Origin: Octopus sinensis
Taxonomy: Eukaryota
Direction: 5' to 3'
Assembly: GCF_006345805.1 (NCBI RefSeq)
Contig: NC_043000.1
Location: 157,728,001-157,792,000 of the forward strand
DNA length: 64,000 bases
The position numbers were made by a program, and so were the translations under genes. Positions 51,216 to 63,165 of the stretch are shown here, in pieces (position 1 is the stretch's first letter; each line of letters starts with the position of its first letter). The notes below the pieces were generated by a model that did not search any database, had not been told where the DNA came from, and saw only the letters and a list, made by a program, of their open reading frames with translations.

Positions 51216-51914
51216 TACCGACATTAATAACCAACTGTTAAAGCACAATAGTGTTTGTTTATTTTAGTGTAAAACGCTAGTTAGGAGATTACGGAGTCTA
51301 ATATCAATTAATGAATTACAAATAAACCGCAGTTACATAATCATCTTCATCAACTGTTTTTGCGATAAGAAGCAAAGCATTCGGAGCACAAGGCTTCTGC
51401 AATATCTTATGTATGTGTGTGTATGAGTGGGTTAGTGTGTGTGTGTGTATGTATGTATGTATGTATGTATGTATGTATGTATGTATGTATGTATGTATGT
51501 ATGTATATGAGTGTGTTAGTGTGTGTGTTAGTGTGTGTGTGTTAGTGTGTTAGTGTGTGTCTGTGTGTGTGTGAACATAAGGCGGTGCTCCTGCATGGTC
51601 TCAATCCATTGACAGAAAGTACTGAAAAAATAAAAGAAAAGAATATAAGTATGTATATAGATAGATATTAGTGGGTATATATATATATATATATATATAT
51701 GTTAGTATATGTTATGTATTTGTGAATGTAACTCTAATGCGGTGTGTGTGGGGAGGGGGAGGTTAGGATAAAATTTGGCAATATCATTCTCAATTCAAAA
51801 TATAGGGTCTCAATCTAGCCCCGATCATTGCTGCTGCAGCCGCTGCTGATGGCGATCGAGATGATGAGGAAAAATCATGGTGATGGTGCAAACGTACTAA
51901 CGATATCATTATTG

Positions 51915-52403
51915 TTAATGCGGTCACCTGACTGAGTCGTTAGCATGCCGAGGAAAATGCTTAGCGGCATTTCGTCCGTCTTTACGTTCTCAGTTCAAAA
52001 CTCTGCCGAGATCAGCTTTGTCTTTCATCTTTCAAGGTCGATAAATGAAGTACCAGTGAAACACCAGGGTCAATGTAATCGATTAGCCCCTACTCAACAA
52101 AATTTCAGCCCTTGTGCCTTCAGCAGAAAGGATATTATTACTATTATTATTAACACTATTATTATTATCATCATCATCATTTTTTAGTTTTATTATTATT
52201 AAAGCGTTGAGCTGGTAGAGCCTGTAGCACGTCGGGCAAACCGCTTAGCGGCATTTAATCCGTCTTCCTGTTCCTGGCTCGAATTCCACCAACGTCGACT
52301 TTGCCAGTCATCATTTCGGTGTCGATAAAATAAATACCACTAGTGTCAATACAATCGACTTAACCCCACATGAAATTGCTGACCTTGTGTCAAAATTGAA
52401 AGC

Positions 52404-52405
<2 letters not shown>
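51915..52405 (+). mobile_element. Two tandem family-B SINEs separated by (ATT)n
   Basis: Copies at ~51915-52132 and ~52199-52405, each followed by (ATT)n. Confidence 0.82.
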
Positions 52406-52464
<59 letters not shown>

Positions 52465-54200
52465 GTATTAAAATCAACAGCTTATATTGGTGGGTATGAC
52501 GGAAAGTGTCAGTTGTCCACAGCCAGTAGACTATGGTGACACAAAAACCCCGCGAAAAATTCTGACAGTTCCAAGCAATGCTGATCTTTTTATGTGTTCT
52601 ACCTTCATACTTGTATCAATGTTTTTGAGCAATGCTGATAGTCGAGCGCTTATACCTCCAAGTGCGCCAATTACTCTCTTCATTGACCACAACCTTCGTA
52701 TTTCCCTCTTTAAATCATCATAGCTGTTTATATTTTCTTCTTTCACATTGATCCTGTTGTCAACGGGGCACGCTGTGTAAATTATCATACATATTCTTTG
52801 ATTTTATTCACCGCAGCAATATCCGGCTTCCGATGTCTGGTCAGGTGATCGCTCTGGATCATTGCATCCCATAGCCTTTTGCAGTTCTCATTTTCGGTGA
52901 CTCCTTCTGGGGTTCGCTGATAACACGTATTTGCTTTTTGTAGGCCGTGATTTCCACAGAGTTCCCAATGGATCATTCTTGCCACATTGTCATGACATCT
53001 TTTGTATTCGCGTTGTGCGATTTTCGGGCATTCGCTAACGATGTGCCATACCGTTTCACCCCTCTCACCATACATTCTGTATTTGTCGCTATCGGTAATG
53101 TTGTTTCTTCTGCACTTCATATAATTGGTCATTAACGCTTGTTCCTGAGCTGCGCATAATAGTGCTTCTATCTTTATCTTCAGGTCACTCCACTTCATTT
53201 ATAGCCACCGGTCCTCTGCATCTGTCTTAGCGTTGACACCTCTTGCAAACTAACCATACATTTTCTTTTCCTTCCATGCTCTTTTTCTTTTTTTTTCTTA
53301 ATTTCTTCTTTAAATTTTTCTTTAGTTACACAATTTTCAGTTTTGATGACGTCGGCCTACTTCGTATGTTTCAGCAGTGACTCCACGGCATTTTTCATGT
53401 CCGACCCTAGGTTGTTTTCCTTCGATACAGTCCTGGCAACTGATCAAGCCTCTGTCATCCATCCTTCGGGTCAAGTGCAGCCTCTCGGTGTCAATCTTTG
53501 AGTGGAAGGCTCTGTGTACTGTCAACTTTTTTTTTCTGGTCTTGGTAGCCATTTTCTTCATTTTTCTCATTTCTCATTTTATAATTTCCGCTCCATACCG
53601 AAGTGATGATATTGCCCACGTATCAAAGGCTCGGATTTAATTTTATTCAATCAATTTTAAGCACATCACCAATCTCAGTCTTCGAAAATACTCCGTCCTC
53701 TGTCTTTCTCCCATTTCTTTTTCGATTATCACTTTGGCCTCTATTACACCAAAGTATTTGTATCCTTCCGTTTCACTTTGCTTAATCAAGTCTGTATTCG
53801 GTAATTCTATTTGTGTTACGGACTGTATCTTGCTCCTTTTTAGGTAGATTATTCCGCACTTCTTCTTTTCTAATATAAGTACTAAACAGAGGACCATGTT
53901 CACCAAGGAACTCACTTGTGTCTCTCCTTTGCTATACAGTTTGAAATCATCCATGATTGTTTGGGATTTTTCCTTAACATGGTATCCCAAGTTCATTTTC
54001 TTCAGTGCCAAGGTCAGAGAATGAAAAGCAACGGAGATGGGCTGTCACCCTGGAAAATCCCTCTTCTGATACCTAGGGTGCCCAAGCTTTTTCCGTAAGA
54101 TGTCAGTTCAATTTTCCATCCCATCATACTTCTCTCAAGGAAACACGTTACATTCTCTTCTATTGAAGACCTTGCACTGTATTCAATATCGTCATGTGGA
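52465..54200 (-). mobile_element. R4/Dong-like RLE LINE, 5'-truncated (family b)
   Basis: Minus strand: LGIRRGIFQGDSPSPLL, MDDFKLY, YKYFGV, GETVWHIVSECPKIAQREYKRCHDNV, RKPDIAAV and RSALLGTVRIFRGV. The 3' end abuts (TAA)n on the element strand. Confidence 0.88.
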
Positions 54201-54204
54201 TTGA

Positions 54205-55863
54205 ATATATTGCACCGTCTGTCAAGTTACAACAGGAACCTCAGTACTTTACGCAATATGCGTGCATCTCCAAGGAAAGCCGATTTTTGCAAAACATCTA
54301 GATTGTAGGGCATTTCCAAAGCTTCCAGATGTTTCTTTAGTTTGGGTGGTATTGAACCCAATGCTTCGATGACAATAAGGAGAACCTTTATGTTTGAAAC
54401 TACATCTGGCCTATTGGCCTTAATTTCTCTAACTGTGAGTATTGACATATCCCAGAGTATGGTTGCTTTCTCGTTTTCTATGACCTTTTCTGGTGTGTGC
54501 CTATACCATCTTTTTTCTGTTGTTATTCCATAGTCTTGGCATAGCTTCCAGTGTATGTAGGTCCCAACTCTGTCGTGTCTGTGAATATATGCCTGCTTAG
54601 CTAGGACTGGGCTAGCCAGAGATAATATCATTTATTGTTCCTTGTCCATCTCCACATATTCTGCAGTTACTTGTTATGTTTCTTTTCATATGTTTTTGGT
54701 CTTTTCTGGTGGGGAGGCTTTGCTCTTGTGCTGTAATTAAAAATTCTTCAGTTTCTGCTTTGAGTCCTGAGCTTCTCAACCATAGCTGGGATTTTTCTCT
54801 ATTTTCATTTGTTTATAACTTTTGTTGTTTCTTCTTCTTCTTCTTCTTCTTCTTCTTCTTCTTCTTCTTCTTCTTCTTCTTCTTCTTCTTCTTCTTCTCT
54901 TCTTCTTCTTCTTCGTCTCTTCTTCTTCGTCTTCTTCTTCTTCTTCTTCTTCTTCTTCCTTCTTCTTCTTCTTCTTCTTCTTCGTCGTCTTCTTCTTCTT
55001 CTCTTCTTCTTCTTCTTCTCTTCTTCTTCTTCTTCATGTTGTTAGGTAGTATGACTTCTTTGTATTTGTCAGTTTCCTTAAATACTGAAAACAGTATTTT
55101 TCTTGTTTTGCTCGTGTTTTGTGGCTATGTTATTAGTTTTCCTTGCTTCTGAAGTAGGTATATTTGCAGTCCTATGGGGGCTATTTTACAATACTTTTCC
55201 AGCTGTATAAGTCCTCTACCACTTTCTATACATTGTATATATAGCCTTTCTACGTCATATTTTGTGTGGTGCATCCTAGATCCTGTCATTATTTTTCTTG
55301 TTTTCATGTCTATTTTGGCTAGTTCAATTAGTGTCCAGTTAAGGATATTGTAGCTGTAACTTATAACTGGGACGGCTAGATTGTTGATACCTATTATCTT
55401 GTTTTTATCATTGAGCTCTATTTTCAGTATTGATCTAACTCGTCTATAGTGTTCTTTCTTTATTTTCTCTTTCATTTCTGTGCATTGTATCGTATCTAGT
55501 TCATTGATTCCTAAATATCTGTATGTCTAATAGTCTTATTTCATTTGCTTTATCTAGTGTGGTGTTGCCACTCCTAACTAGTTTTCCTCTTTTCAAGGTT
55601 GCTTTGGCACATTTTTCTAAGCCAAATTTCATTCTTCTTTGGTAAATCCATGTACTATCTCTAATAGTTTTTCTAACTGTCTTTCAATTGTAGCTTATAG
55701 TTTTAGGTCATCCGTCTATAAGAGGTCGCTGACTGTATTTAGCATCTGAGATAAAGGTGTCAGTGCCAAGGAGAAAAGGAGTGGGGAGTGCGTGTTTCCC
55801 TAGAGTATTCTTCTTCTAATGGGGATGGCTTTGGTTTTCACGAGTTCCTCTTTTGTGTGGAAC
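54205..55863 (-). mobile_element. R4/Dong-like RLE LINE, chimeric or deleted copy with an internal (GAA)n tract
   Basis: Minus strand: IPIRRRIL*GNTHSPLLFSLAL, INNLAVPVISYS, VERLYIQCIESGRGL, HRHDRVGTYIHWKLC, ANRPDVV and LQKSAFLGDARILRKVL. (CTT)n on the plus strand at ~54830-55035. Confidence 0.87.
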
Positions 55864-55938
<75 letters not shown>

Positions 55939-56030
55939 CATTATTATTATTATCATTATAATAATTATTATTGTTGTTGTTGTTATTGTTGTGTTGTTGT
56001 TGTTGCTGTTGTTGTTTTTATCGTTATTGT

Positions 56031-56243
56031 TAAGGCAGCGAGCTGGCAGAATCATTAGCAGGCTGGATGAAGTGCTTAGCAGCATTACGCCCGTCGCTGT
56101 TCTCTGTTCAAATTTTGCCGAGGTCGATTTACCTTTTTCCCTTTCGGGAGTCGAAAAATTAAGTACCAGTTGAACATTGGAGTCGATGTAATCGAATCAC
56201 CCGCCTCCCCCAACATTGCTGCTCTTGTGGCAAAATTTCAAAC
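56031..56243 (+). mobile_element. SINE family B within a (TTA)n array
   Basis: AAGGCAGCGAGCTGGCAGAATCATTAGC head; tail followed by (ATT)n. Confidence 0.85.
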
Positions 56244-56260
56244 CATTATTATTATTATTA

Positions 56261-56350
<90 letters not shown>

Positions 56351-56434
56351 TATTATTATTATTATTATATTATTATTACATTATTATTATTATTATATTA
56401 TTATTATTATATTATTATTATCATTATTATCATA

Positions 56435-56469
<35 letters not shown>

Positions 56470-56526
56470 CATTATTATTATCATATTATTATTATTATTA
56501 TTACTATTATTATTATTTATTATTAT

Positions 56527-57263
56527 TCAGTAGTTTTATTTTTATTTTTATAGCGTGCTTTCACTTCACTACCGAGCGCAGCTCTGTGTGCCTTGGGTAT
56601 GTGCTGTGATTTGTTGTGATGCTCTGATGGTTATTGTATGGAAAGTGTTCTGCGTAGGATGTGTGCAGTGCCTAGTATTGCAATTTTCTGTATGTTATAT
56701 GTGTTTGTAAGTCCTGGTGTTTTTGTTATGTATTTGTCTGAATATTTTTTTATCATGCCTAATGCACCTACTATGATAAGAATTGTTTCTGTTTTCAGGT
56801 TCCACATTCTAGTTACCTCTATTTCCAGGTCTTTGTATTTTGAGAGTTTCTCCATTTCTTTTAGAGACACGTTGTCATCAGCTGGTATTGATACATCAAT
56901 TAGAAAGCATTTTCTTTCTTCATGATCTCTGACAACTATATCTGGTCTGTTGGCCTTAATTTCTATATCTGTGTGTATCGGCATATCCCAGAGTATGGTT
57001 GCTTTCTCGTTTTCTGTAACCTTTTCTGGTGTGTGCCTATACCATCTTTTTTCTGTTGTTATTCCATAATGTTGGCATAGCTTCCAATGTATGTAGGTTC
57101 CAACTCTGTCATGTCTGTGAATATATTCCTTCTTAGCCAGGACTGGGCAGCCAGAGATAATATGATTTATTGTTTCTTGTCCATCTCCACATATTCTGCA
57201 GTTACTTGTTATGTTTCTTTTCATTACATGTTTTTGGTAATTTCTGGTGGGGAGGCTTTGGTC
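56527..57263 (-). mobile_element. R4/Dong-like RLE LINE 3' end (family c), intact CCHC and RLE domain plus 3'UTR
   Basis: Uninterrupted ORF 56631-57224: CRICGDGQETINHIISGC (CCHC), RHD, RPDIVV..FLIDVSIP, KLSKYKDL and IQKIAILGTAHILRRTL*. Flanked by (TTA)n on both sides. Confidence 0.93.
56631..57224 (-). CDS. C-terminal zinc knuckle and PD-(D/E)xK restriction-like endonuclease of an R4/Dong-like LINE (fragment)
   Basis: 197-aa ORF with C-x2-C-x8-H-x4-C, RHD and PD...D..IP..K motifs. Confidence 0.9.
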   Translation of the reverse strand: MKRNITSNCRICGDGQETINHIISGCPVLAKKEYIHRHDRVGTYIHWKLCQHYGITTEKRWYRHTPEKVTENEKATILWDMPIHTDIEIKANRPDIVVRDHEERKCFLIDVSIPADDNVSLKEMEKLSKYKDLEIEVTRMWNLKTETILIIVGALGMIKKYSDKYITKTPGLTNTYNIQKIAILGTAHILRRTLSIQ

Positions 57264-57457
57264 TTATTATTATTATCATTATTATTATTATTTTTATTAT
57301 CATTATTATTATTATTATTATTATTATTTATTATTATTATTATCATTATTATTATTATTATTATTATAGTTATTATTATTATTATTATTATATTATTATC
57401 ATTATTATTATTATCATTATTATTATTATTTTATTATTATTATTATTATTATCATTG

Positions 57458-57670
57458 TTAAACCGGCGAGCCGGCACAATCATTAGCAGGATGCATGAAA
57501 TGCTTAGCGGTATTTCGCCGTTGCTATGTTCTGAGTTCAAATTCCGCCAAGGTCAACTTTGCCTTTCATCCTTTCCGGGTCGATAAATTGAGTATCAGTT
57601 GTGTATTGGGGACGATCTAATCGACTGACAGCCTCCCTACAAAATTTCAGGCCTTGTGCAAAAATAGAAT
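57458..57670 (+). mobile_element. SINE family B within a (TTA)n array
   Basis: CGGCGAGCCGGCACAATCATTAGC head, GTTCTGAGTTCAAATTCCGCC and the core block. Confidence 0.85.
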
Positions 57671-57929
57671 AAATTATTATTATCGTTGTTGCTGGCGTTG
57701 GTGACGGTGTGTTGGCGGTGAAGATGTGATGAATGTTATTATGTCAGTGTTGTTTATGTTGGTCTTGATGATGTTGAAGAAGTTGATGATTAGAAAATCT
57801 CATAGATTATCAGTTATCAATATCTGACACCTTTGATTTGAATAGGAAGAACAATGACAATGTTGAAGTAAAATAATGAATGTTCTGGTGATAACAACAG
57901 GACTGCAACTAACCATCGACGCTATTGAC

Positions 57930-58090
57930 AGTGTCATCATCATTATGACCATCATCATCATGGCCACTAGCTCCATCATCATCATCGTCATCATCATCAT
58001 CATCACAATCATCATCATCATCAGTAACATAGACATTATCATCGCAGTCTTCCCCCAATTACTTTTTCTCCGCCACATCATTATCATTCA
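57930..58090 (+). repeat. Degenerate (ATC)n tract
   Basis: Direct reading. Confidence 0.85.
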
Positions 58091-58329
58091 CTTATCATCG
58101 CTATCAGCAACAACTTCAACAAAGACGTTTGAAAAGATGGACAGTCGATAAACGCAGAACAAAAACACAAAGCATTATTAGGTGTGTGGTAGGACATCTA
58201 TTTCACAGTCATTAACAATGCCACGATAATAGCGTCATTAGCAATGACGGTGATAACAGCTGTTTCATATAAACTTGCAAATTTACATAAACACATTCCA
58301 TTCGGGCACACATACTCGCACAAACATAT

Positions 58330-58800
<471 letters not shown>

Positions 58801-59084
58801 GTCTTTACATATGTTTACATATCTATGTATATGAGTTCTACACGAGGTTCTTAGTCACGCCATGGCACTGCGAAATTTCACATACACACACGCACATGGA
58901 CACACACACACACACACAAACATGCACATATGTGCATGTGTATGTATTATATACCTCTCTCTCTCTCTGTTTCTATCTGCCTGACCGTCTTTCTATTTAT
59001 CTATCTATCTATCGAGGCATTCTCTGTAAAAAAATTCCATCGCTAAATGTAATATGTTTAGCTTTTTGAATCAGCGTATAATAT

Positions 59085-59147
<63 letters not shown>

Positions 59148-59554
59148 GTGTGTTTGTGTGCTTGAGTATTTGAATGTGAGTTCATCTGCAATAATTGACT
59201 CTCATATATAGACTCACAAAGACATGCTTTACCTTCGAGACGTTCCTATAACCTTTACCGTATAGCGACTTGTTTATGCCGTCCAGCTGATTGTCTATAC
59301 CTTTGTTTTTATAGCTCCCTCTCTCTCTCTATCTCTCTCTCTCTCTCTCTCTCTCATTGTGTCTCTCTTTATACAATGTCCTACGCTTCATTCTATTCTT
59401 TCTTGCTTTAAGGTTACTATATGTCCATATGAATATCGAACAACTTTTGTTTGTTGGTGAATTTGTGTTTTTGTCTATGTTTATTTCTATGAATATATAT
59501 TGATGTTATAGTTTGGTTTTCTCAAAATAAACTATCATCTAGTTTCTGTGTCAG

Positions 59555-59611
59555 TGTGACATAGAAACTCAATCGGGTGATAGAGTATATTTGAGAAGAA
59601 CTGGAAAACAG
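59555..59611 (+). CDS. Candidate 57-nt phase-0 exon CDIETQSGDRVYLRRTGKQ
   Basis: Acceptor TTTCTGTGTCAG, donor CAG|GTAACA. Confidence 0.2.
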
Positions 59612-60204
59612 GTAACAACTGAAATGAGACACGACAGGTATATATATCCAAATAATTCTTTTATCATGTCATTAAAAGTTTACATTATATGTATGCGTGT
59701 GTGTTTTTGTGTGTGTGTAGATATGTATCTATATAGATGTTTTGTATCTTAGTACTGGTAGTTATAAATAAAAAACAAACAATAATAATAGCAGAGAAGA
59801 GATTAGGAATATCCTTCATTCTGGTGCACTCGGATTCTGCCACTCTGAGTTTCACCTGTAGTTACACCGGATCTTTAGGCTCTCTGAAAATCTTGTGTAC
59901 TCACAGGCGAAACTCAAGCTAGGATAATACTGACACAAAGTAGTGTATGAGATTGTGTAGTTCCAATGTTTTGATTGCTTCGACCCATCTATGGGTCGAA
60001 ACAATATTAGTCATCAAGAAAGGTCCTCCAATCTTCCATCTTTCGTCTCTCTCTCATTAAACACACGCACACACGCACTCACACGCTAACACACAGACAC
60101 ATACACACACACGTAAACACACACATATAAACAGAGACACGGAGAGACGCGAGAGAGACGCAGAGAGAGACAGAGACGGAAAGGGAGAGAAATATATACA
60201 GAGA

Positions 60205-60435
60205 GAGCTTCGTGGTTAAGTTGTTGCACTCATGGCCCTAAGATCGTGATTTCGTTTCCCTGACCGAGTGATACGTTGTATTCTTGAGCAATGAACTTCG
60301 TTTCACATAGTTCCAGTACAGTCAGGTGACAAAATTGAGTAATCCTACGACAGATCGATGTCCCACCCAATGCGGAATATTTACGCCACGGAATCTGGGA
60401 ATCCGGCGTTATAAGTCAATGGTTCCAGAAGTAAC
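60205..60435 (+). mobile_element. Old SINE with a TTCTTGAGCAA core and a different 3' part
   Basis: Degenerate GTGGTTAAG head, TTCGTTTCCC B-box-like motif and TTGTATTCTTGAGCAA. Confidence 0.45.
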
Positions 60436-60467
60436 TCTGCTCCTCGTGTATATATATATATATATAT

Positions 60468-60790
60468 AAAAGACGCCCTTCGGTCATGAATGACCATGGG
60501 ATTGCACCTAGAAAGTTACCCTCCTAGACACAAGTCCGGACAAGGTTGTTTATGGAAGGCCAGCAGTCGCCCATGCATACCAGCCTCCCCTCTCCACGCC
60601 ACCAGTGTTATCCAAGGGAAAGACAAAGGTCGATACAGCTTGGCACCAGTGACGTCGCAACTCATTTCTACAGTTGAGTGAACTGTAGCAACGTGAAATA
60701 AAGTGCCTTGCTCAAGAACACAACACGCAGCCCGGTCCGGGATTCGAGCTCACAACCTCACGATCGTAAGCTCGACGCTCTAACCACCGA

Positions 60791-60795
<5 letters not shown>
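60468..60795 (-). mobile_element. tRNA-derived SINE family D, full length
   Basis: Minus strand TGGCTCGGTGGTTAGAGCGTCGAG...CTCGAATCCC (A/B boxes), a GTTCTTGAGCAAGGCACTT core and 3' GCAATCCCATGGTCATTCATGACC. Inserted in (TA)n. Confidence 0.88.
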
Positions 60796-60855
<60 letters not shown>

Positions 60856-61047
60856 TGCCTGTAAACAATGCAGAAAGTTGAGATTGGCAATGTGTCCATG
60901 AATTTCAGTATAAAATGTTTAGAATAAATATCCTGTCCTCTAAATTGTCGAAAAATATCCTGTCCTCTATATGTCGAAAAAAAAGATCTAGTTTGTGCCC
61001 TCTACGCAATCCAATGTAGGTCAATTTTTGCCACCCATCATACTTAA

Positions 61048-61266
61048 ATTCCTTTCTACTAATGCTTCAAAGCCTGAAATTTTATGGGGAGCGGACTAGT
61101 CGATCACATCGACTCCAGTGTTAAACTGGTACTTAATTTAACGACCCCGAAAGAATGAACGACAAAGTCGACCTCGGCAGTATTTGAACTAAGAACGAAA
61201 AGACGGTTGAAATGCCGCTAAGCATTTGACCGGTGTGCTAACGATTCTGCGAAGCTCGCCGCCTTA
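61048..61266 (-). mobile_element. SINE family B
   Basis: Reverse complement of the family-B consensus; the head abuts the (TAA)n array. Confidence 0.85.
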
Positions 61267-61357
61267 AATAATGATAATGATTATTATAATAGTAATAATA
61301 ATAATAATAATATGATGATGATGATGATGATGATAATAATGATAATAACAATAACAT

Positions 61358-61743
61358 TGGGGGAGCATCATAGCTGTGAGAGAACATCATAGCCTTTTTG
61401 GGGAGCATCATAGCAGTGGGAGAGCACCATAGTCATGTGTTGAGAGGAATTATTTTGGGTTTGGATATTTCACCTTTGCAAACATGGGTGTTTCGTTCAA
61501 CATCCTTAAACAACTTTTATTCAGGAACCATTTGAGTGGGATGGCTCCACCTGAAGAAAATTCTAACTGGGTCCCACCTGCAAGGCCATGCGCTGTTTAT
61601 CTTGATATGAGGTCACTATAAAGCGCATATATTGTTGAGATGTATGTGCCTAGCGTACCCTTATCAGATAGGTGGTCATGATGGGTATACTGGGTATATT
61701 TTACCCCAGTGTCACTTGGATGGCATGAACTGCTCTCTCATCC
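61358..61743. repeat. Unclassified repeat (element E), copy 2, with a tandemly amplified GGGAGCATCATAGC unit
   Basis: Homologous to 26070-26400. Four imperfect copies of GAGCATCATAG at 61358-61435. Confidence 0.85.
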
Positions 61744-61759
61744 AATAAGAATAATAATA

Positions 61760-61911
61760 GGGCTGAAATAAGGGTGGAGCACTTGCAGAAAACAGCATTG
61801 CTTGGAACCGTTCGAATACTCCGGACGGTACTCGAAAAATAAGAGGTGTTTCACTAGTAGTGAACAGCTGACACTGTAGTACATTTCAGCATCAGAAGCT
61901 GTGCAAAGAAA
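61760..61911 (+). mobile_element. Short 3' fragment of family-a R4/Dong-like LINE
   Basis: Encodes GAEIRVEHLQKTALLGTVRILRTVLEK*, matching 28720-28785. Ends AGAAGCTGTGCAAAG then (TAA)n, like copy a. Confidence 0.85.
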
Positions 61912-61949
61912 ATAATAATAATAATAATAATATTAATAATATTAATAAT

Positions 61950-62026
<77 letters not shown>

Positions 62027-62030
62027 TAAT

Positions 62031-62601
62031 AAGATCAAAACCACTGAGACATCCTGAAGCTGTGACTGAAAATGTGTCGAATCTCTGGGACTTCCCCGTA
62101 CATACCGACAAATCTATAAAAGTCAACAAACCGGATATTATTATAAAAGATCAGACAAAGAAGGTGTGTTTATTAATTTGACATGAGTATTCCTTGCGAT
62201 CTCAATATAGTGGCAAAAGAATTTGACAAGATCAGTAAATATAAAGACTTGCTAAGAGAAATTGAAAATATGTGGCATCTCAAGGCGACTACAGTGCCAG
62301 TGATTGTAGTATCACTAAGAATGATAACAAAAAGAAACCTATTTGAAAATGATACCAGGCTACCATCTCTATACGAAGTGCAAATAATCGTGTTAACTGG
62401 AACAACTCATGTACTGAGAAGAACATTAATCGCTCTGAAAACATCCATTAATTAATTTATTTGTTTACTAATTTTTTTAAAATACTTATTTTACCTATGA
62501 ATTTGCGTGTGTAATCTGAGAATGCATACAATGAGCTTCTCTGCCCTAGGTGTACGGAAAGCACTCGGCGAGAAATGGAAGAAAATTTGAAGAAAGAAGG
62601 A

Positions 62602-62602
<1 letters not shown>
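62031..62602 (+). mobile_element. R4/Dong-like LINE 3' end (family d), degenerate
   Basis: LWDFPVHTDKSIKVNKPDIII, SIPCD..KISKYKDL and VQIIVLTGTTHVLRRTL. The 3'UTR ends in (TAA)n. Confidence 0.85.
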
Positions 62603-62656
<54 letters not shown>

Positions 62657-63165
62657 TAATAATAATAATAATAATAATACTCTGTACTATTCTTTCTGTT
62701 ATTAATTAGATAATTAGAGACGTCGAGGAAAGCCTCATCCAAAATTTCTGTCTTCGAACTTCTTCTAGAAATTAATTATATGGATGCATATATCCAATGT
62801 ACTAGCAATTCATATGGGAGTGATGTGTTAGAATTGGTGACAGTTACGACAGTAAGTTACAAATGAAAACTTGGAAGTTTATAAAAATGATTGAACGATA
62901 GACTGTTTGTGGCCTAATTTATATATTATACATTATATGTATGTCAGTATTTATGTGACATATATCACTATATTACCGTTTCACATGTACAAACATATAT
63001 ATATATGTGTGTATATGAATATCTATGTTTATGTACGAATGGAAATACAGGCACACACACATACACACATACATACTCACACACTTATAAGTGGAGAAGA
63101 GCAAATATTTCCATATAAAGATTTATTTAGACCAATACTCAAAGCGCTTTGATTTACAGCATTAT

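Noticed and set aside
51425-51560. GTTAG-containing repeats resembling telomeric sequence
   Set aside because: Units are GTGTGTTA variants of a (GT)n microsatellite, not tandem TTAGGG.
59974-60005. Palindrome TTCGACCCATCTATGGGTCGAA as a Helitron 3' hairpin
   Set aside because: No CTRR terminus follows it and there is no other Helitron evidence.
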